A DNA stretch of 60,127 nt, the filler included, from Basidiobolus ranarum (Eukaryota): NCBI GenBank assembly GCA_040143965.1. It is 6 parts of 6 records of this genome, joined end to end, with 100 filler letters (N's around TTAATTAATTAA, not from the genome) between each part and the next. Parts side by side here need not be neighbours in the genome. Positions count along the whole stretch, not along the records: positions 50,237 to 60,127 come from JASJQH010007642.1; 5 more parts are not named here. The stretch is one strand, 5' to 3'. This document shows, in pieces, positions 52,651 through 60,127 of this stretch (position 1 is its first letter; every line of letters begins with the position of its first letter). The notes beneath the pieces were generated by a model. The model was not told the DNA's origin. It did not search any database and saw only the letters and a program-made list of their open reading frames with translations. Both the position numbers and the translations under genes were made by a program.

Positions 52651-55533
52651 TTAATAACAAAGTAGTTATGGAAGTATGTTGAATAGACACAAACTCAATT
52701 ATGCATGTATATATGCTGGTGCATACTAACTTGTACTAGAAGGTGTTGCATTTTGAAGAGCTTTATCAGATTTATTGATTCAGGAAGGTTTATGGATAGT
52801 ACATAGAGTAATTACTGTTCTAGACTATGCGATCATTATCTCTAGCTCAACTAGCTCTAAGCTCCTATAGTGTATTAGCTCTTTGGTGCAACCCCAGTCT
52901 TCTATACCGTTTGTGCTTGCAATATGTTCAGTGATTGAGTTTATCACAGAAAAAAAATTGCTGACATTGGCTTCTTTCTGAGACAAGCAAAGCAGTGAAA
53001 ACTGTATAGTATTCTAACATACACAATTCATGTGTTAGTTGAGTTGTACTTCACACTCTGTATCTGTGGGCATTAGTTTGAAATAAAAAATTGTTTACCT
53101 GCTCAAAAGGGGATATCTATGGTCAGCAAGATCTATATTGAAATAAATGAATCATGTTTGTGATAGAATCATGGCTCTACTACTGCTTTATAAGGAATCT
53201 TGACCATGCAATGGAATATAGGAGCAGATGGAAAAGTTGAATGAGCATTTATAGGGGCAGATTCCTGATAGTATTAGACAGGGAATTGTAAATGCTGGTG
53301 TCCTACAAACAATGACTTAGGAGCATGCTAAATCGCTTTTATAGACTTCTCGACGATTCTTAATTCAACAAAAATACATTTCACAGAGACTAATTTGATG
53401 ACAAAGGGGTAAAATGAAAGTTTCCTAGTATTAGATTGAATAGGATTTGTGATTACCAACTCAGGTTAGTAGCACTAAATCATAGGTTTGGTGAAATGAT
53501 CAGCGATAGAAATTCATCAAACCGACCAATCGTTGAGATGATTACTTAGATTGATTTATTGATAAAAGAGATTTGGCAATATGGTTGCTCTAAGGGAATC
53601 TGTGTACTAAGCAGAGTGTATATTCAGATGCTATATGGGACAACCTAAATAAAGCTAACCTGACGGATCCTGAATGTGCATGTGCAGTTAGGATGGCAAA
53701 ACAGTGATCTCAGTTTACGTAGCTTGTTTTAATTCTAACTCCGATGGTCCTAAAATTATGAATCCATAATAGAGCATTGCATGGACATTTCAAGAATTTC
53801 CACGTAAGAGTCCGCATATACTAGATGGATTCAGGTTTCAATTACCGGTAATTCCTACACTTTTATAGTACTGATGAGAAGAACACCGAGTGCTGACTGC
53901 AAATAGTTTTCTTACAGTGGCCAGCACTTGTGATATCTAAGACACTTACTAACGCGTCCTTTGCCCATGTATATCTAGCATGACTCACTCTACTTCTTGG
54001 TCACCAAAGATCAAACCGGATGCCGATTTGATGATTTGGATTCTTCTACCATCGCACTACGAGGATCTAGATAATATGAGCTAGAAACCGACCGAAATGG
54101 ATTGCAAAGAGATCATCAGGTGGCAGGTGCGAAGCAGTATAGTTAATAATACCAATTCCTTATTGGATTAGCATTGAAACTTATGCATACAGCCTATTAC
54201 GGGCATGCACACAGCCATATTCTATTACAAGCATATACAGATCTCAGTCACACCACAAAAAGAACTCGTTTTTTTACAGCTTCATTGAAACATCTACGCC
54301 AAGTCACGACTTTGGCCTCATTTGACGCTAAATTTTCTGTATACCCATACCCATGTCTATACACTCCATAAATGGATACACCCGCATTCTATACAGTTGA
54401 GCCAACCATGCACTTCGCTCATCTATTTGGTTAGTAATGCGTCTGTCGAAGGTGTAGGTAGCAGTAGATACATTGAGTTGGTTAATCTGCATCCATTTAA
54501 TCAATCTCATATGCCAAGTTTTAACCCCGACAACCGCTACATGATTGGGTGACTCTACTAAGCAATGATTACATTTACTGCACATTAATCTAATTCTGAA
54601 GTCATAAAGCAACTTTGCATAAATAAACTGGCTGTGATTAAAGCGGTTGACGTGTTAAAGCAATATTCATTGCTGATTCGAATACTGACCGTGTATTTAC
54701 GGGAAAAAATTCTAATTGGCCCAGAGAGAACCAGCCTATTGCTATTGGTAACAAGTGCATAACCAGCCAATCCTTCTCATTTCTTCTAGGATGGAATATC
54801 AATCACTATATTCTGGAATAGCCGCTAATGAAATATCCGATTTCAATGATTGGGTGGGTTTGGAACATTAGGGTAACACATTTATTCGATGGAAGATCAG
54901 AAACATTGCCGATGTTTCGCTCTCTTATACTGTTCAACAAGGATGGCTAACAGTGCCACAAAGGTATCTTGAGGAGATAATCGTCTTGTGGTCATAATCC
55001 GATAATAACGGATTCCATTCTATCGGTAACTCTTCGCTTGTTGCATTTCAAATCTTCAGTTGTGGACTAAGGCGTGACTGTCAATAGAGGTACCCAAATC
55101 GACGTCAATCTACACTCACGTTCACAATCACTCAAGGACTCACAATCATGCTCACGCAGATGAGGCTTTGAATGGTGCATTCTCTCCATTCCATGAGCAA
55201 AACCCAATCATTGAAGAAAGTCTGGGTGATCGGCGGTTAAATTCCTGGCCGAGTTTATCAAATATTATGGTAATAGAAACAATGAGACCCTTTTAGTTTA
55301 GCACGAAAAGGGAGATCCATAAACAACCATTGGTGAAAATATCACTATAAATCCTCTTGGACTGTGACTCACTCCGAAAGGCATAAATTCAGCTCTAAAC
55401 TTTTGATAGGACAGTAACGTATGATACGCCAGCCATCAGAAAAGCTTAAAACCAGCCTTATCCACCAAGTAAAAATAAATCTGTCGTTCTTCAAGGATAT
55501 TCGCCAATATTATTTATTAACCAACTTCATACC

Positions 55534-56574
55534 ATGTCCGCAAACAATCCCCCCTTCTATCAGAAGACCGAGAGAGCCCATTCTTTACCTGATCTACCTG
55601 GCATGGCCCCTGGCCTCGAGCTAGTTGATCTACTTTCTCAATATTCCACACAGCCTGAACTATTGAAGCTTATTCTTCAGTCGAAATTACAGGAAGACAA
55701 GCGGAAAACTGAAGAGACACGACTTCGCTCTATGCAAATCGATCTGATGATCTATGAGCAGAGCAATCAACAATGCATATGGCCGGAGACCGAGATGAAA
55801 AGAGGACGAGACGAACTTTTCTCGGACTTTGCACTGAACTTAGGGAAGAATTCGCGACCACGTATCGACTCTAATCCATTCAGCATGATCGATTACCCCC
55901 AGAGTTCAGAATTCCCCGACTTGAACGATTATACAAATTATAGCAGTGCATTAACGTCGAACGGAAGGTTAGTCTTCAACTCTTACATAACACTATTTTC
56001 CAATGCTCACGAGTTTCTCCTATTAGCAGTGACACAGCATCACCTCCCATGATTTTCAGCACATTCGAGAATGAGCAATTCTTATCTCCCAATTTGGTAG
56101 ACTCTTCCCCTACTATACCTGGATTCCCTAACTTAATATCGCAGGCTACTATCGCACCTGCCCCAAGATTCGTACCAGATTCAAATCACAATTCCATCCC
56201 GGTTTCCAATCTTTCCACTCAATTTGGGCATCCCAAACCTGACAAGAAGAAACGAAACCGCAAAGCCATGCTTCCAATATCTATGATCATAGAGACCAAG
56301 GAGTTCCCCTATCCAGATAACTTTGTTTGGTTGAACAATGGCAATACCATTCAAAAGAAGACCGGTCTAAGGTAAATTCGGAATACCACCTTGAATGCCA
56401 GTCAATCTTACTTAGTTGATTTCAATCTTTAGGTCAACCTATTACAAGTGCGCCAACTGGCACAAAGGCTGTTCTGTAAATAAAACCGTTAGTAGCCAAG
56501 GAGATGGGACATATATCATTAAATACAGAGGGGAGCACCTTCCAGAGTGTGGTGTTGCTGCCAAAGTAACATAA
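55534..56574 (+). CDS. Fungal WRKY-like transcription factor; exons 55534-55967, 56027-56371 and 56433-56574
   Basis: C-terminal DNFVWLNNGNTIQKKTGLR|STYYKCANWHKGCSVNKTV...YIIKYRGEHLPEC (C-X6-C-X21-H-X3-C) with an upstream basic KKKRNRK segment and canonical splice sites. Confidence 0.88.
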
Positions 56575-58589
56575 TTGTCGTGTGAGAGCTATATAGAGGC
56601 ATCTATTTTAGAACTATCAAATCTACCAATGTTACCCTTCTCTCAATGTATATCTTCCTTTACGTTTTCTTAACTATTATTAGTGCCATATAAGCTTTAC
56701 TGCATCTCCTGACATGTAGACACTTTTTGTACACCCTGTCTTTTGCCGCTGTTAATTTTCTACCAACATATCCCTTCTTCCAATTGAAATGGCATACCAT
56801 TACGTACATTGGCTATATTGATTCTATTAAGAGATTCCAATCGGAAATATATTCCTTCAAAGGGCTTTGTTACCTACGCCAGGAACCTGTCGCACTTACA
56901 GTTGCACTGTTTCTTATAATAGTGGATTTACTATGCCAGCAAGTAGTACCAGGGGTTTGCCTAAGGTTTTTTACCGCTTGGTCTGATATCCCGTAGTACA
57001 ATATTCCGGTGCACGTCTCCCATCCTCAGGGGTTCTAATTTGTATAACATTCGCTGGGTCATTTACTCGCTGCGGCAATACACAAACCATACATGGTTCA
57101 AGGATCTTCACGATTCTTGAACTAGTTTGAATTGGTCGATATTCCCATGACACTGTGGTGATCGGAAATCATTCACGATCAGAAAATTCGATTTGTTCAT
57201 CAACATGTCATTTCAGCCGAAGAGCAAAACTATTGATGTGGAACAGGAGTATGGCATCCACAAATTTATAATGATGCAGTTAAATATTTTCGATAGGTAA
57301 TCCTTACATGACGTAAGCAAAGATATCCTATATTAGTGGGCTTTTATTGTGGTGCGTGTCTTCCATATTCCCATAAATAAGTGGATTTTGGATCCACTAA
57401 AGAGTAACGCAGAATCCTGCTTTGCCTCAAATTCTACCGGACTTAATGGCATTCATCTACAGCATTCTTTAATATTAGTATGTCTACTTGATCACAGCCG
57501 TAATCAGCCTTGGATGTTCAACCATTGACCTGAATTTATCTACATTTATCCGACTTCATTCGCCTATTCCACTTTCTTACTCAAATATCAAGTTGTTGGT
57601 CTTTATTTACATTAACCTGATCCGAACTGACCATTTCATCTTAAACAATGGAATGAAGCATCAAGCCAGAAATCAGGATAGAATGATCAACATTGTAGCA
57701 GGTTAGACATTATGATCTGTAAACACTTGTATATCTTGATCCCCAAATATCCGTAGTCATCGTATTTTACTACTACATCATCCCACAACAATGGTAAATA
57801 CAGTGAATGAAATCATATCACAACCATAGGAACTTCCTTAACCCATTGCTTCCGGATCTAGTAACCAGTTATAGCGGACTATTTACCCAGAAATCCAAAT
57901 GTGATTGAATGGCTCAAATAGAGGGACAAGATATAGTGGTGAGGACACATTACACTATTGGGTCAAATACTATATTGCGCACCATAGATATCATATGTAA
58001 ACTCTAATTTGTGCATGATGCTTAAATAACAGTAATTAGTGCCTTTTCTTGGAGGTATCTGTTGTAAGTATAGGATAGCATATCACTTATATTCTCTATT
58101 ACCATTCTAACACTATGAATGTCAATGGCAGTGATAAGAGGAGTGCTTTTGATCTATTTAAAAGAAAACATTTAATAATATTTAGAAATGATGGGAGGAT
58201 TGATATCCATGAACATTTAATATCTTCTTTGATATTCAAAGCTCATCAACCAAACCTACCATTAAATACCCAGTATGTTTTGTATATGAAGTACTCTTTC
58301 TAAGTGACAGGCATTGGGTGAAATATTCTTCACTCAGCACTGCAGCAGCTCAAGAGTATTGTGAGAATTTCAGAATTACTGAAGGAGTTTTCAGAGATGG
58401 AGTTATTGTGAGTTTAACCATATCTATGAATTGATTAAAAACAATACTTTGTTCTCTTGATAGAACACCAAAGCAAATACAAAGAATACTCTGGATCAAG
58501 CATGGTACTATTTATATAATATGTATGGGATTGGCACAAGCCATCATAGGGAAATTGGCTGGGATTTAAACCTCTGTTGAAGTTAAGAT

Positions 58590-58892
58590 ATCCAAAACAT
58601 CTATATAGTCCTATATAGCTTACAATTTAGTTATTCACTAAGATATCACCTACTGCTCTCAATTCAAAGTTGTTTAGAATATTTTTATCAACTTAGAGGT
58701 TGTGAGATACACATATTTCTAAGCTTGCCCTAGAGGTCCCAAACTTAGCATACATGTTCCTAGGACCTTTCTCAACATGTGCTACACATTTTTTTGATTT
58801 ACTCCTTGACAAGATATAAATTTCTATGTATCACCTCATGAATCAATCAGTCAAAACCATCAATACTTCTACTTCTCCAAAACACTTTGAAC
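58590..58892 (+). mobile_element. MITE-like repeat, copy 4
   Basis: AAACATCTATATAG-CCTATATAGCTTA, AAGATATCACC, CATGTTCCTAGGACCTTTCTCAACA, CTTGACAAG and TTCTCCAAA match the other copies. Confidence 0.7.
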
Positions 58893-59589
58893 TGAGTACC
58901 ATAATAATACAATGGGTTACAGGATTGCTCTCTCTCTTATCTCTACCTCTCTAACTCTGAACCTTTTCTTAGATGGAACCAAAATGAGCTTTTGAGAGTT
59001 ATAGCAGGTGAAGAAAGCAATGCAAAACTATCCAAGGCTAAAGTTTTCCTCTCAATTAAAAAGAGCCAAGTACCTTCAATACTGTTGGATAAAAAATCAT
59101 TATTCAAGAACTTAGTTAAGCATCAGTTGTGTTGCATATATCCAAAAGAGAAAGCAATGTATCTATAGCATCTATATTGTAACTAGAAATATCTCAATAT
59201 CTATATATATGTATGTCTTATTACCTCTGCTAATCTAATATATTTTACGTTACCATCTCTTGAATATCTCAATCAGTTGATTTACTTCTTTACTATATGT
59301 GTCATCATATTCTCTTGAGAACAAAGTAACCAAAACACTATCATAAGCTGCCTCTAGTATAAAAAGTCTACTGTCATTATGTTTACATCTTCCAACTAAT
59401 ACAACTTGCCTTATTGTTATAGACAAATTGCTAATTCAATGTTCAAGAGCTAGAGCTGCCAATAAGGTTTGAAAAGCCTTTGAAGACATTGCCAAGAATA
59501 CTCTGCTGCTAAAATGATGAACTTAAGACAATTCTTTGGCATGGCACTGAAGACAGTCAAATGCATGACCTTACTAAATCATAGTAATA

Positions 59590-60127
59590 ATATCTCAGCA
59601 AATAAATTAGATATCAGATTTCTTCTCTTCAAAGACATCAGCAAAGGCTTGGTATTTGGGTGGGAGCTTGTGAACCATAGGTTTTGTTGGTTTCTGCTCA
59701 TCAGCAATAATGTCAGCAGATATTGGCTTCATAGATGTTTTTAGGAGTTGGCTGGTGATGAGTTAGATACTTTGCAGGATGGAAAATATAGACTAGGAGG
59801 TGGAGTTTGCTTGATTGTCATAATCTTCTTCCAATTGATTACTCAATTGTGCTGCATGAGCCACAAGATACCAAGGATGACTGGGTGGTGAGGTGAAGAT
59901 ATGATATTAAAGGCTATTTCTTCTTGATGAGCAGTGGACATGAGTGTCATAAAGGTTGTCTCATGTGTCACAGCACCTGATGATAGTAGCCTTCTATCAA
60001 TTACTTCTACACAGATTGGACTAGATTTCTTGATTGTTGGGATAGAGTGCGATTTTACAAAGGCAGAGTCAATAAAACAGGAGGAAGCACCTGAATCAAG
60101 AAGTGCAGTTGTTTTTATTGACTTGGA
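59590..60127 (-). mobile_element. Ty3/Gypsy pol relic (aspartic protease and pre-RT linker)
   Basis: TALLDSGASSCFIDSAFVKSHSIP...VEVIDRR..SSG.VTHET...IISSPHHPVILGILWL.QHN*VINWK, then PKYQAFADVFEEKKSD, with stops and frameshifts. Confidence 0.88.

Overview
Eukaryotic, AT-rich fungal DNA with short GT-AG introns (CTAAC-type branch points). Gene content suggests an early-diverging, zygomycete-type fungus; a Basidiobolus-like organism is plausible but is only an inference. The window is not contiguous: it is six ~9.9-kb contigs of decreasing length joined by artificial N44-TTAATTAATTAA-N44 linkers, so synteny holds only within a contig. Recognisable genes are two alpha-arrestins, ribosomal protein uS8 (RPS22), an MFS sugar transporter with a Ser-Pro repeat insertion, glycerol kinase (GUT1), a fungal WRKY-like transcription factor, a membrane protein and hypothetical proteins. 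There are several pseudogenes (NUG1, an APC permease, RNase T2), Copia and Gypsy relics and a four-copy MITE-like repeat. The most interesting contig (40206-50136) has a MATA/SOX-type HMG-box gene and a divergent, related HMG-like gene converging on each other next to SLA2, the classic flank of Dikarya mating-type loci. This is a candidate, partly decaying sex/MAT locus. The SLA2 copy has an in-frame TAG and five consecutive exons of exactly 75 nt.
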